Source: Chthoniobacteraceae bacterium (lineage in GTDB: Bacteria; Verrucomicrobiota; Verrucomicrobiia; Chthoniobacterales; Chthoniobacteraceae). Taken from it: 22,352 nt of DNA. A model generated the notes under the pieces. The model was given only the letters and a program-made list of their open reading frames with translations, ran no database searches and was not told the DNA's origin. This document shows, piece after piece, positions 1-9,106 of the stretch. The translations under genes were made by a program, and so were the position numbers. Each line of letters begins with the position of its first letter. Positions within the stretch are counted from its first letter, which is position 1. The stretch spans positions 1 to 22,352 of the forward strand of contig JANNXQ010000271.1 of assembly GCA_031409655.1 (NCBI GenBank). Direction: 5' to 3'.

Positions 1-1
1 G

Positions 2-172
2 CCAAAGCGGGTGTTGATCCTCGTCGGGCCGGAGGGTGATTTTACCCCGGCGGAAATCTCCCTCGCGCGCAGCCACGGCTGTCGCCCGATCACTTTGGGG
101 CCGATCATCCTGCGCACCGAGACGGCGGCGATCTACTGCCTCAGCGTCCTCGGGCATGAACTCTTTGCGTGA
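2..172 (+). CDS. rsmE: 16S rRNA m3U1498 methyltransferase RsmE, C-terminal fragment (5' truncated by window edge)
   Basis: Frame 2 translates to PKRVLILVGPEGDFTPAEISLARSHGCRPITLGPIILRTETAAIYCLSVLGHELFA*; contains the RsmE SPOUT motifs GPEGxF and LGxxILRxETA. Confidence 0.93.
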   Translation, partial: PKRVLILVGPEGDFTPAEISLARSHGCRPITLGPIILRTETAAIYCLSVLGHELFA

Positions 173-283
173 GTGAAACACGCCGCGTGCTCTTTCTTTT
201 CCTCTGGTGCCCCTACTCCTTGAAGCGACGCCTCGGGCGAGTGGGCGAGCACACCTCGGTCTGGTAGCAAAGTTCGATCAACG

Positions 284-1189
284 ATGAATCCACAGCGCAT
301 CAGCGTTTGCATCCCGGCTTACAAAGCGGAGCGGTATCTGGGGGAAACGTTGGAGACGGTGCGGGAGCAGGAGTTCACGGACTGGGAATTGATCGTCGTG
401 GAAGATGGTTCGCGGGATCGCACCGAGGAGATCGTGCGTGGCTTTGGCGCGAGAGTATCGCAGTCGGTCCGGTATCTCCGGCACGAGACCAACCGTGGAC
501 TTACTGTCACCCGTAACACAGGTATCGCCCAAGCGCGTGCTGAGTGGGTAGCTATCCTCGACAGCGATGATCTTTGGACGCCCGACCATCTGACCAAGTG
601 TGTTGATCGCGCGGATGCTGGCGATGTCGATGTTGTCCACGGCTGGACGATGCTGTTCGATAGCGAAAGTGGTCGCGAACTCGAACTACGCGCGCCGGAT
701 GCGCGGGCGGTCGCAGACTTTCCATGTTCGCTCTTCGACAACCGTTATGTCATCCAGCCCTCATCCGTGATCATTTCGAAATCCCTCTGGAATGGGGTCG
801 GCGGTTTTAACCCCAACTTCCAGCATGTCGAAGACCGTGAGATGTGGCTGCGTTGCGCACGAGCGGGCGCCCGATTCGCCTCCACCGGCCAGGAAACCTG
901 CCGCTATCGGAAGCACGGAACCGCAATGTCCTCGCAGAGCGCGGAGATGGCTGAGGCTTCTGCGCGCGTTCTCGACCAGCATCTTGATTGGGCAGTGGTG
1001 CCAATAGAAGTGCGCCGCCGAATTACTGCGGAAGCTTGGGCTGCCGCCGCGCGTCTGCGTTGGAGGGGCGAGCCAACCGTGGCACGCGCGCATTTCCGCC
1101 GTGCCAACGCGATTGAGTGGCGGCTGCGCTGGTGGCTCCATGGTGCCTTGTGCGCGCTGCTGCCCGGTCGGGCGGCGACCAAGACTTAG
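284..1189 (+). CDS. Glycosyltransferase family 2 (GT-A fold)
   Basis: ISVCIPAYK, ELIVVEDGSRD, NRGLTVTRNTG, LDSDD (DxD) and EDREMWLR motifs. Confidence 0.92.
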   Translation: MNPQRISVCIPAYKAERYLGETLETVREQEFTDWELIVVEDGSRDRTEEIVRGFGARVSQSVRYLRHETNRGLTVTRNTGIAQARAEWVAILDSDDLWTPDHLTKCVDRADAGDVDVVHGWTMLFDSESGRELELRAPDARAVADFPCSLFDNRYVIQPSSVIISKSLWNGVGGFNPNFQHVEDREMWLRCARAGARFASTGQETCRYRKHGTAMSSQSAEMAEASARVLDQHLDWAVVPIEVRRRITAEAWAAAARLRWRGEPTVARAHFRRANAIEWRLRWWLHGALCALLPGRAATKT

Positions 1190-1224
1190 CAGCCACGCCG
1201 GGAGCCGGGATGGCGCAGAAGGTG

Positions 1225-1316
1225 AACCACAGATTGCATAGATGGAGACATGATGGTCTCAACCTTTCCTTCTCATCTGTGAAATCTGTCCTTCAAGCTT
1301 CTGTGAAATCCGCGGT
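1225..1316. repeat. Inverted 9-mer tandem repeat hairpin (ACAGATTxC / ATCTGTGAA type)
   Basis: ACAGATTGCATAGATG (1229-1244) pairs with CATCTGTGAAATCTGT (1274-1289) at 14/16. Inner GAGAC-N6-GTCTC hairpin. A further copy TCTGTGAAATCCGCGGT lies at 1300-1316. Confidence 0.65.
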
Positions 1317-2144
1317 GGCAATCCACGATGCGCGAAGTTCGTCTGGCGTCCGGCCTTGCGCTCGCAGGGTGCGCAGACTGAGTGAGTCGCTGCGTTTCGC
1401 GAGGCGGGTGCCGTCGGCATCGGTGACGAGTGGGCAGTGGTAAAATGCCGGCGCTGGCGAGCCAAGCGCCCGGAAAAGCAGGAGCTGGCGAAAGGTGCTC
1501 GTGATGAGGTCCGCACCCCGCACGACCTCGGTGATCTGCATCGCCGCGTCGTCTGCAGTGCAGGCGAGTTGGTAACTCGGCAGATCATCCTTTCGCCAAA
1601 CGAGGAAGTCACCGAAGTCCACGCCAGGGACCGCCCGCTGGGGCCCGAAGCGACCATCGCAAAACTCCACGGACTCTCCGTCCGGGACACGGAATCGCCA
1701 GTTCACGCCGGCACGATGGTCTTGGGAAATTCCCGCCAAAGTCGGGCGGCAGGTGCCGGGGTAGAGCGGCTCTTCGACGCCTTGATGCGGCGCACTGAGG
1801 GCGCGCAAAACATCCTGCCGCGAGCAGGTGCAGGGATAGATGAGACCGCTGGCGCGCAAGCGCTCGAAGGTCGCGACGTAATGATCGCCGCGCGCACTTT
1901 GATCGTAAGGCGCGAAGGGTCCGCCGACATCCGGCCCTTCACTCCAGTGAAGCCCAAACCAGCGCAAATCCTCGTACGTCGCCTGGATAAACTCTGGGCG
2001 ACAGCGGGCGGCGTCGAGGTCGTCATTGCGCAGCAAGAGGGCGCCGCCGACTTGCTCCGCACGCTGCTGCGCGATCCAAAAAGTGCGCGCGTGACCGAGG
2101 TGAAGATAGCCAGTGGGTGAAGGAGCGAGTCGGCCGCGATACAC
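1293..2144 (-). CDS. gluQ: Glutamyl-Q tRNA(Asp) synthetase GluQ-RS
   Basis: YRGRLAPSPTGYLHLGH (HIGH), CTCSR...Y.GTC zinc motif, YQLA..ADD, VVRGADL and RLAKR (KMSKS-like); 283 aa with no anticodon-binding domain; GTG start. Confidence 0.92.
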   Translation of the reverse strand: MYRGRLAPSPTGYLHLGHARTFWIAQQRAEQVGGALLLRNDDLDAARCRPEFIQATYEDLRWFGLHWSEGPDVGGPFAPYDQSARGDHYVATFERLRASGLIYPCTCSRQDVLRALSAPHQGVEEPLYPGTCRPTLAGISQDHRAGVNWRFRVPDGESVEFCDGRFGPQRAVPGVDFGDFLVWRKDDLPSYQLACTADDAAMQITEVVRGADLITSTFRQLLLFRALGSPAPAFYHCPLVTDADGTRLAKRSDSLSLRTLRAQGRTPDELRASWIATADFTEA

Positions 2145-2164
2145 GACAAGCGCGGGTCACTGCC

Positions 2165-3574
2165 TTACTTTTTCACGAGGTCGGTGTCGTATTCGACGAC
2201 CTTCCCGATCTTCTCGAGTTCCGGCCGTACTTCCTTGGCTTCGCCGACCACGATGATCGCGGTGTTTTCGAGGCTCAGATATTTCTTCGCCAATTCCTGC
2301 ACGCGCTCGGCGGTCGTGCCGGCCATGCGGCTGGCGTAGTTTTTGTAGAAGTCGGCGGCCATCCCGTAGAGTTCGATGTCTTGGACGCGGCCGGCGGTTC
2401 GGCTGGTACTTTCGAGACTGAGAAGATAGTTACCGACGTTATATTGGCGCTGGAGTTCGAGTTCGGCGGCGGGCACGGGCTCGTCGCGGAGGCGCTTCAT
2501 TTCGGCGAGGATTTCGCGGATCGCCGGAGCGGTTACTTCGTTCCGCGTTTCGGCGCTTGCCTGAAAGGTGCCGCCGAATTTGTTCGGGCCAAAGGCGGAG
2601 TAAGCGCCATAGGTCCAGCCGTGTTTTTCTCGGAGATTCTGAAAGAGACGACCACTGAAGCCACCACCGAGCGTGCCGTTGAGGACGTTTAGTTCGGGGA
2701 GGTCAGAGACGTTCTTGGCGGGGCCGGGTTGAGCGACGACGACATTGCTCTGCACCGAGCCCGGACGATCCACGAGGTGGATCGTGACGCCGCGCATCTC
2801 CGGGGGCGCTCCCGTCTTCTCAGCGGGCACGTCGCGGCGTTCCCAAGCGGCGAAGGCTCTTTCGATGATCGGCAAAATGGTGTCGGCTTTGAGGTCGCCG
2901 ACGACGGCCAGCGTGGCGTTATTCGGCGCGAACCAGGTCTTGTGAAACGCCACAAGATCTTCGCGTTGGATGGCCTTGACGCTCTCCTCGGTGGCGTAGC
3001 TGCCGTAGGGGTGATCGCCGAAGACAACCTTGTCGAGGAGCTTGCCGGCGAGGGCCTCGGATTCCTGCTTTTCGGAAGCCAATCTTGAGAGCGTCTGCCG
3101 ACGGAGTTTCTCGAGTTGCTCCGCGGGGAAGACGGGGTGCAGCAGCGCGTCGGTGAGGAGATCGAGCACCTGATCGGTGTACTTCGTGAGGCCGCTCGCG
3201 CCGATGTTCAGCGCATCTTCACTGGAACTCGCCTCGACCTTGACGCCGATGGCATCGGACTCGGTGGCGAAGGTGGAGGCATCACGCTTGGCGGTGCCGC
3301 GATTGAGCAGCGTCGCGGTGAAGGCACTGAGTCCCGACTTGGGGCCGTCGTGGAGCGATCCGCCTTTGATGAGGAGGCGGAAAGTGACGGTTGGCTTGCG
3401 GTCGTCCTCAATCACGAAAACCTTCAACCCATTCGGGAGCGTTTTCTCGATGTAGTCCGGGAAGGACGCAGCGGGCGCGGGGCCGGGTTCGGGCTTTTTG
3501 GTGCGATCGACGGCGGCGTGGAGCGGGCCAGCGGTGCAGGCGACGAGGCAGGCGAGAGAAAGAGAGAGGCGCAT
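2165..3574 (-). CDS. M16 family peptidase, non-catalytic subunit with signal peptide
   Basis: LPNGLKV, LLNRGT in place of HxxEH, LGGGFSGRLFQNLREKHGWTYG. Start moved to ATG at 3574 (MRLSLSLACLV), 1 nt after the upstream gene's stop. Confidence 0.9.
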   Translation of the reverse strand: MRLSLSLACLVACTAGPLHAAVDRTKKPEPGPAPAASFPDYIEKTLPNGLKVFVIEDDRKPTVTFRLLIKGGSLHDGPKSGLSAFTATLLNRGTAKRDASTFATESDAIGVKVEASSSEDALNIGASGLTKYTDQVLDLLTDALLHPVFPAEQLEKLRRQTLSRLASEKQESEALAGKLLDKVVFGDHPYGSYATEESVKAIQREDLVAFHKTWFAPNNATLAVVGDLKADTILPIIERAFAAWERRDVPAEKTGAPPEMRGVTIHLVDRPGSVQSNVVVAQPGPAKNVSDLPELNVLNGTLGGGFSGRLFQNLREKHGWTYGAYSAFGPNKFGGTFQASAETRNEVTAPAIREILAEMKRLRDEPVPAAELELQRQYNVGNYLLSLESTSRTAGRVQDIELYGMAADFYKNYASRMAGTTAERVQELAKKYLSLENTAIIVVGEAKEVRPELEKIGKVVEYDTDLVKK

Positions 3575-3575
3575 A

Positions 3576-4967
3576 TTACTTGGAGGCGGGGACTGGAACG
3601 GAGGTTTCGGCGGCCTTTGGGGCAGCGGGCGGAAAGCGCAGGACATTGGCGCCTTCCTTGGTGAAATATTTCTGCGCGACGCGCTGGAGATCGCCACGGG
3701 TGACGGCGAGGTAGCGATCGAGCTCGGTATTGATGAGGTTCGCGTCGCGGTAGAAGACATAGTACCGCGCGAGGTTTCGGGCGCGTTGCGACATGGAACC
3801 AAAAGCCGTGGCGAATTCCGCCTCGCGCTGGTTGCGCGCCTTTTGGAACTCCTCCTCGGTCACGCCCTCGGCCTTCACCTTCGCCACTTCCTCGCCGATG
3901 AGCGCGTCGAGTTTGTCGAGCGGCACGCCTTTCTGGCCGATCACGTAAACGCCGAGCATACCGGCTTGTTCCATGAGATAGGGGAAGGCTTCGACTTCCA
4001 TCGCGACCTGCTCCTTCTCCACGAGGCGGCGATAGAGCCGTGAACTGCGACCGGTGGACATGATATTGCCGAGTAACTCGAGCGCGTAGGCGTCGGGATG
4101 CGTCTCGGTCGGCGCGCGCCAGGCGTGGAGCGTCGCGGGCAGTGGGGTGTTTTCCTTCTCCACATCTTTGCGCGCGCCGGGTGCGTCCGTCTGCCAATCG
4201 ATCGTCGGCCGCTTTGGCGATTCGCCGCGCGGGATGTCGCCGAAGTAGTCCGCGATGAGTTTCTTCACCTCGTCGATCTGAAAGTCACCAGCCACCGCGA
4301 GCGTGGCGTTATTCGGCATGTAGTAGGTTTTGTAGAAGTCGCGGAACTCTTCGATCTTCGCGTCGTCGATGTATTGGAAGGAGCCGATCGGCACCCAGGA
4401 GTAGGGGGTGCCGGCAAAGACGAGTTTCGCGAGTTCCTCGAAGAGCGTCCCGTAAGGCCGATTGTCCACGCCGCGGCGCTTTTCTTCTTTCACCACCTGG
4501 CGCTGCGTCTCCACGCCGGTCTCGTCGATCTTCGCGTGCAGCATGCGTTCGCTCTCGATCCAAAGGGCGAGCTTGAGCTGATTCGCGGGCACATTGAAGT
4601 AGTAGTCCGTCTGGTCGAACGACGTGCTCGCATTGAGATTCCCGCCGGCCCCGGAGATGTATTTGTCGATCGTGCCGCGCGGAATGTTGGCGCTGCCTTC
4701 AAACATCAGATGCTCGAAGAAATGCGCGAAGCCGGTTCGGTCAGGTCGCTCATTTTTGCTGCCCACATGATAGAGCACATAGGTCGAGACGATCGGGACG
4801 GCGTGATTTTGATGCAGGATGACGTGCAGACCATTCGGCAGGTCGTATTCGATGAATTGGATCGGCTTGAGTTGCAGGCGCGCCGGGGGTGCGGAGTCCT
4901 TCGCCCCGGCGGTGATCAGGGGAAGAAAGAGGGCGGCGGTGAGGGCGGCAATTTTGGCAGGGGTCAT
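3576..4967 (-). CDS. M16 family zinc metallopeptidase, catalytic subunit with signal peptide
   Basis: LPNGLHV, GFAHFFEHLMFEGS (inverted HxxEH), NASTSFDQTDY, VVKEE. Start assigned to ATG at 4967 (MTPAKIAALTAALFLPL). Confidence 0.93.
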   Translation of the reverse strand: MTPAKIAALTAALFLPLITAGAKDSAPPARLQLKPIQFIEYDLPNGLHVILHQNHAVPIVSTYVLYHVGSKNERPDRTGFAHFFEHLMFEGSANIPRGTIDKYISGAGGNLNASTSFDQTDYYFNVPANQLKLALWIESERMLHAKIDETGVETQRQVVKEEKRRGVDNRPYGTLFEELAKLVFAGTPYSWVPIGSFQYIDDAKIEEFRDFYKTYYMPNNATLAVAGDFQIDEVKKLIADYFGDIPRGESPKRPTIDWQTDAPGARKDVEKENTPLPATLHAWRAPTETHPDAYALELLGNIMSTGRSSRLYRRLVEKEQVAMEVEAFPYLMEQAGMLGVYVIGQKGVPLDKLDALIGEEVAKVKAEGVTEEEFQKARNQREAEFATAFGSMSQRARNLARYYVFYRDANLINTELDRYLAVTRGDLQRVAQKYFTKEGANVLRFPPAAPKAAETSVPVPASK

Positions 4968-5065
4968 GGGAGAGCGGGATGAGACAGGCGGGACTGTGGG
5001 GCGTTCGGAATACGGCGGCAAGCGTGGGCTGGATTTGTGTCGAGGAGGCGCGTAAGTGCGGCGGT

Positions 5066-5180
5066 GGAATGAACATCGAACGTTGGACATCGAACATCGA
5101 ACATCGAACACGGCGAGGCGTCTTTCGCTGCTCTTCCGTTCGACGTTGGATGTTCGACGTTGGATGTTCGATGTTCTTCC
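5066..5180. repeat. Inverted heptamer tandem repeat hairpin (GAACATC / GATGTTC)
   Basis: Left arm gaacatc-gaacgtt-ggacatc-gaacatc-gaacatc-gaac (5071-5109); right arm gttc-gacgttg-gatgttc-gacgttg-gatgttc-gatgttc (5138-5176); 28-nt loop. Confidence 0.9.
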
Positions 5181-6148
5181 TGCTTTTCCTCGCGAACGCG
5201 CTGCTGGCTGCCGAACTCCAGCGCTTTGCCTACGAAAAGGCGGCAATGGGCCTGCCGTTTCGCATCACCCTTTACGCGCCGGATGAAGCGGCCGCGGACG
5301 CTGCGGCGAATGCGGCGTATGACCGGATCGCGCTCCTGAACTCCATCTTCAGTGACTACGACCCAGACTCCGAACTCAGCCGGCTCTCGCGGACGTCGGG
5401 GCAGGGGAGGGCGGTGCCGGTGAGCGGTGAGCTGTGGCGAGTGCTCGAGCGGGCGCAAGGTCTCGCCGAACGCACGGATGGGGCCTTCGACATCACCTGC
5501 GGTCCGCTGGTGAATGTGTGGCGTCGGGCGCGGAGGAAGCAGGAACTGCCAGCGGAGGCTTTGCTCGCGGAAATGCGCGGGCGCGTGGGCTTTCGTAAAA
5601 TGCGGCTCGATCCGGCGGGGCAGAAGGTGGAGTTGCTCGTGCCGGAGATGCGGCTCGACTGCGGGGCGATCGCCAAGGGCTACGCCGTCGATGCGGCGCT
5701 GGCGGTGCTCACGGGGCGCGGCATTGCGAGTGCGCTCGTCGCTGGCAGTGGCGACATGGCAGCGAGCGGCGCGCCGCCGGGCGCAGCAGGCTGGCGCATC
5801 GAAGTTGCGGCGCTCGACGTGGCTGCTGCACCACCGGCGCAGATCATCTTCCTGCGCGACGGCGCCATTGCGACGAGCGGCGATGTCTTTCAGTACGTGG
5901 AAATCGACGGGCGCCGCTATTCGCACATCGTCGATCCGCGGACCGGTCTCGGGCTTACGGATCACAGCCTCGTGACCGTGCTCGCGCCCGATTGCCTGAG
6001 CGCCGACAGCCTCGCCACGGCCGTGAGCGTGCTCGGTCCAGACCGCGGGCTGGCACTCATCGAGGAAACTCCAGAGGCCGCTGCGCACTTTGCGCGGATC
6101 CCGGCGGATAGGATCTCGATCGTCGAGTCCAAGCGCTGGCCGCGCTGA
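5171..6148 (+). CDS. apbE: FAD:protein FMN transferase (ApbE family)
   Basis: MG..F.I, FSDYDPDSELSRL, TDGAFDITCGPLVNVW, LDCGAIAKGYAVD, IATSGD, YSHIVDPRTG and ADSLATA motifs. Start is uncertain: in-frame alternatives lie upstream inside the repeat, e.g. ATG 5069. Confidence 0.92.
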   Translation: MFFLLFLANALLAAELQRFAYEKAAMGLPFRITLYAPDEAAADAAANAAYDRIALLNSIFSDYDPDSELSRLSRTSGQGRAVPVSGELWRVLERAQGLAERTDGAFDITCGPLVNVWRRARRKQELPAEALLAEMRGRVGFRKMRLDPAGQKVELLVPEMRLDCGAIAKGYAVDAALAVLTGRGIASALVAGSGDMAASGAPPGAAGWRIEVAALDVAAAPPAQIIFLRDGAIATSGDVFQYVEIDGRRYSHIVDPRTGLGLTDHSLVTVLAPDCLSADSLATAVSVLGPDRGLALIEETPEAAAHFARIPADRISIVESKRWPR

Positions 6149-6161
6149 CCTCTGCGCCGAC

Positions 6162-6956
6162 TCAGGCCGTCGGCGGCAGGAGCGCGATCTTGCCTTCAGG
6201 TGAGGGGGAAATGTCCAGATCGAGCGCGGGGTGGCGCATGTCTTCGGGGCGGAATTGACGGCCATACATCTTGTAGAGTGCAGCGACGATGCGGCGTAAC
6301 TTTTCGGCAGAGATGCTCTCGTCATTTTCCCGTCCCACGTTGCGGAGCAAGAGCTGGAAGGGCACGGGCTTTGGTCCGCCACTCGCGTCGATCTCCACGG
6401 TGGAGCGGAAGTCTGGCTGATGATACCGCACGACGCTCGGGTCCACTTTCTTAAACCCGGCGCGACCGTAGGCGTTGAGCCGTACCTCGCCTCTGGGATC
6501 TTCCGGGAAAGCGAACTCCATCTCCGCCACGAGTGTGATCGGCGCGCCGGGCAGCAGCTCGCGGGCGGTGAGCAGGGGCAGCGCGCGCATCCAGCCCGCG
6601 AGGCCGCTCCGGCGCCAGTCGGGCAGCACCAGATTGTGCGAAAGGTGGACGACCACTTCGGCGCCGGCGGCGATCGCGGTGTGGTCGCGGACCGCGGCCG
6701 GAGTGCCGTCTTTTTGCACGAGCACGAGCTCGTAGAGCATTTCGGGAGCGAGGGCGAAACGCTGCTCGAGGGTGTCGCGCAATTCCATCTCGTGCTTCCA
6801 GCCAAACTCCTCCCAGAGCAAGCCGTAGGCGGTTTCGAAAAGCGGGTCGTCGATCGAACGGATGCGCGTGATCTCGAAGGTCGAGAGATCGAGTTCGGCG
6901 GAGCGGAGGTCGCCAGGGGAGAGGTCGCGGGGGCTGATGGGCAGTGGAGCGGGCAC
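6162..6956 (-). CDS. Hypothetical protein, probable divergent GNAT-fold acyltransferase
   Basis: VLPDWRRSGLAG resembles GNAT motif A (R/QxxGxG/A), AYGRAGF resembles FYxxxGF, followed by YHQP; 264 aa ORF with normal composition filling the gap between apbE and the aminotransferase. Confidence 0.65.
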   Translation of the reverse strand: MPAPLPISPRDLSPGDLRSAELDLSTFEITRIRSIDDPLFETAYGLLWEEFGWKHEMELRDTLEQRFALAPEMLYELVLVQKDGTPAAVRDHTAIAAGAEVVVHLSHNLVLPDWRRSGLAGWMRALPLLTARELLPGAPITLVAEMEFAFPEDPRGEVRLNAYGRAGFKKVDPSVVRYHQPDFRSTVEIDASGGPKPVPFQLLLRNVGRENDESISAEKLRRIVAALYKMYGRQFRPEDMRHPALDLDISPSPEGKIALLPPTA

Positions 6957-6976
6957 GCGAATATGGATAGCGAGGA

Positions 6977-7033
6977 GAACGCCGAATGACGAATGACGAA
7001 TGCGTGAGGCGAGAGGTGCATTCGTCGTTTGGC
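6977..7033. repeat. Short inverted heptamer repeat hairpin (GAATGAC type)
   Basis: gaacgcc-gaatgac-gaatgac-gaatgc (6977-7003) opposite gcattc-gtcgttt-ggc (7018-7033). Confidence 0.65.
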
Positions 7034-7063
7034 AAGGCTCGCGCGGAGTGGTTGATTGCAGGC

Positions 7064-8425
7064 ATGAGCACTTCTTCTCCCGAACAGCTCGCGCGGCTTG
7101 ATGCGCAGCACCACCTCCACCCCTTCACGAATCACGAAGACATGCACGTCGCGGGGACGCATGTGATGGTGCGCGGCGAAGGCGTCTATCTCTGGGACGC
7201 TCGCGGCCAGCGACTGCTGGATGGTCTGGCCGGATTGTGGTGCGTGAATGTGGGCTACAGTTGCCGGGAGATCGCCGATGCGGTGGATGCCCAGATGCGA
7301 CGCCTGCCGTATTACTGCTCCTTTTTTAATACGACCACGGAGCCGGCGATCGAACTGGCGGCCTACATCGCGAGGCTGGCCCCGCCAAGTCTCGGGCATG
7401 TGATGTTTTGCAACTCGGGCTCGGAGGCCAATGAGACGGCGCTGAAATTGATCCGCGGCTATCTCAAACTGCGCGGCCAGTCGCAGCGGACGAAGATTCT
7501 CTCCCGGGAATTTTCCTATCATGGCGTGACCCTCGCGGCGACGAGCATGACGGGGCTGCCGAGCTGCACGAAGCCCTTCGATCTCCCGCTGCCGGGCTTC
7601 ATCCACGTGCCGGCGCCGAATGCCTATGCGGCCAATCGGGAGGACAATCCCGCGGCCTACGGTCAATGGTGTCTGGAAGAGACGGAGCGGATCATCCTGC
7701 GCGAAAACCCCGAGACGATCGCGGCACTTTTTGTGGAGCCGATTCAGGGTGCGGGTGGCGTCATCGTGCCGCCGCCGGGGTACTTGAAGAGCCTGCGGGC
7801 ACTCGCGCGGAAGTATGGGATTCTCTTTGTCGCGGATGAAGTCATCAGCGGCTTTGGGCGTTTTGGCGCTTGGTTTGCGAGTGGCTTGTGGGAGCTGGAA
7901 CCGGACTTCATCACCCTGGCGAAAGGGCTCACCAGCGGCTACCTCCCGCTCGGCGCGACGCTCGTGAATGAAGGCATCGCGGAGGTGCTGACGCACGGCG
8001 GCTATCTGGCGCACGGCTTCACTTACAGCGGCCATCCCACCACGTGCGCGGCGGCGCTGGCCAATCTGCAGGTCATCGAACGCGACGGACTCGTGGAGCG
8101 CGTGCGCGACGAATCGGGCCCCTATTTTCAGCAAAAGCTGCGCTCCTACTCCGGGCATCCGCTGGTTGGGGAAGCGCGCGGGCACGGGCTCATCGGCGCT
8201 CTCGAATTACTCCCGCCGGATCGCGATAAGGCAAAGCTCACGGGTGCGCTCGGCGCCAAGGCATCGAAGATCGCGCGGGAGGAAGGCGTGATCATCCGCG
8301 GCATTCGCGACCTCATCGCGCTGTCGCCGCCGCTGATCATTTCGCACGCGGAGATCGATGAGCTTTTCGCCGGAATCGACCGGACGCTGGCGCGAATGGA
8401 GCAGGCCGCTGGCGCCGTCAGGTGA
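7064..8425 (+). CDS. Class III PLP-dependent aminotransferase (putrescine/omega-amine:pyruvate, SpuC-like)
   Basis: HHLHPFT, GEGVYLWD, GLWCVNVGY, NSGSEANE, SYHG, EPIQGAGG, DEVISGFGR, AKGLTSGYLPLG (PLP lysine), HGFTYSGHP. Start assigned to ATG 7064. Confidence 0.93.
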   Translation: MSTSSPEQLARLDAQHHLHPFTNHEDMHVAGTHVMVRGEGVYLWDARGQRLLDGLAGLWCVNVGYSCREIADAVDAQMRRLPYYCSFFNTTTEPAIELAAYIARLAPPSLGHVMFCNSGSEANETALKLIRGYLKLRGQSQRTKILSREFSYHGVTLAATSMTGLPSCTKPFDLPLPGFIHVPAPNAYAANREDNPAAYGQWCLEETERIILRENPETIAALFVEPIQGAGGVIVPPPGYLKSLRALARKYGILFVADEVISGFGRFGAWFASGLWELEPDFITLAKGLTSGYLPLGATLVNEGIAEVLTHGGYLAHGFTYSGHPTTCAAALANLQVIERDGLVERVRDESGPYFQQKLRSYSGHPLVGEARGHGLIGALELLPPDRDKAKLTGALGAKASKIAREEGVIIRGIRDLIALSPPLIISHAEIDELFAGIDRTLARMEQAAGAVR

Positions 8426-9098
8426 CGCGCTCAGGGAAGTCCGTGAAGAGGCCATCCACGCCCCAATCGCGCAGGCGGGCGATGTCGCCCGGCGCGTTCA
8501 CGGTATAGACGAAGACCCTCAGCCCGCGCCGGTGCGCCTCGTCGATGAAGGGCTTGCTGGCGTAACGCAGCGCGGGATGCACGGCGGATGCGCGCACCCG
8601 CCGGGCATTGAACCAGCAGAGCCGCGAAGGGCGGGCGAGCAGGAGACCGATGGGGATGTGCGGGTCAGCGACGTTGCGCAGTTCGCGGCGACTGAAGGAA
8701 GAGACGAGGAAGTCTCCGTAACTCCAGCCCTGCTGGGTGACGAACTCACGGATCAGCGCGGAGACCGGCGCGGCGGTGCGCGGGCCTTTCAACTCGATAT
8801 TGATCACGGCTCGGCGGGCGACGGTCTCGCACACTTCGCGCAGGGTCGGGATGCGTTCTCCGTGACCAGCGTCGAGGGTGCGGAGATGGGCGAAAGTTTT
8901 CCGCGAGAGCTGGCCGTGGCCATTCGTGGTGCGGTCGAGTTTGGCGTCGTGGAAGACGACCAGTTCGCCATCCACAAACCAGACGTCGATCTCGATCCCG
9001 TTGGCGCCGAGTGCGAGGGCGCGGCGGATCGAGCGGAGCGTGTTTTCAGGCTCGTGACCGCGCGCGCCCCGGTGGCCAAAGCAGAGGAACGGTGCCAC
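8418..9098 (-). CDS. Glycerophosphodiester phosphodiesterase
   Basis: GHRGA, PENT, IEIDV, VVFHD..LDRTT, IPTL, NIELK, YTVN and TDFP motifs. Probable GTG start at 9098; 3' end overlaps the convergent aminotransferase by 8 nt. Confidence 0.9.
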   Translation of the reverse strand: MAPFLCFGHRGARGHEPENTLRSIRRALALGANGIEIDVWFVDGELVVFHDAKLDRTTNGHGQLSRKTFAHLRTLDAGHGERIPTLREVCETVARRAVINIELKGPRTAAPVSALIREFVTQQGWSYGDFLVSSFSRRELRNVADPHIPIGLLLARPSRLCWFNARRVRASAVHPALRYASKPFIDEAHRRGLRVFVYTVNAPGDIARLRDWGVDGLFTDFPERVT

Positions 9099-9106
9099 GC
9101 CTCGAG

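Noticed and set aside
3575..3802. Extended N-termini from the ORF track (M16 genes, GDPD, aminotransferase, DM13, orfA)
   Set aside because: The extensions overlap neighbouring genes or repeats; downstream starts give proper signal peptides or domain boundaries.
4964..8185. 1073-aa minus-strand ORF
   Set aside because: Shadow ORF antisense to apbE and the aminotransferase and out of frame with the GNAT-like gene; Arg/Pro-rich with no motifs, as expected in high-GC DNA.
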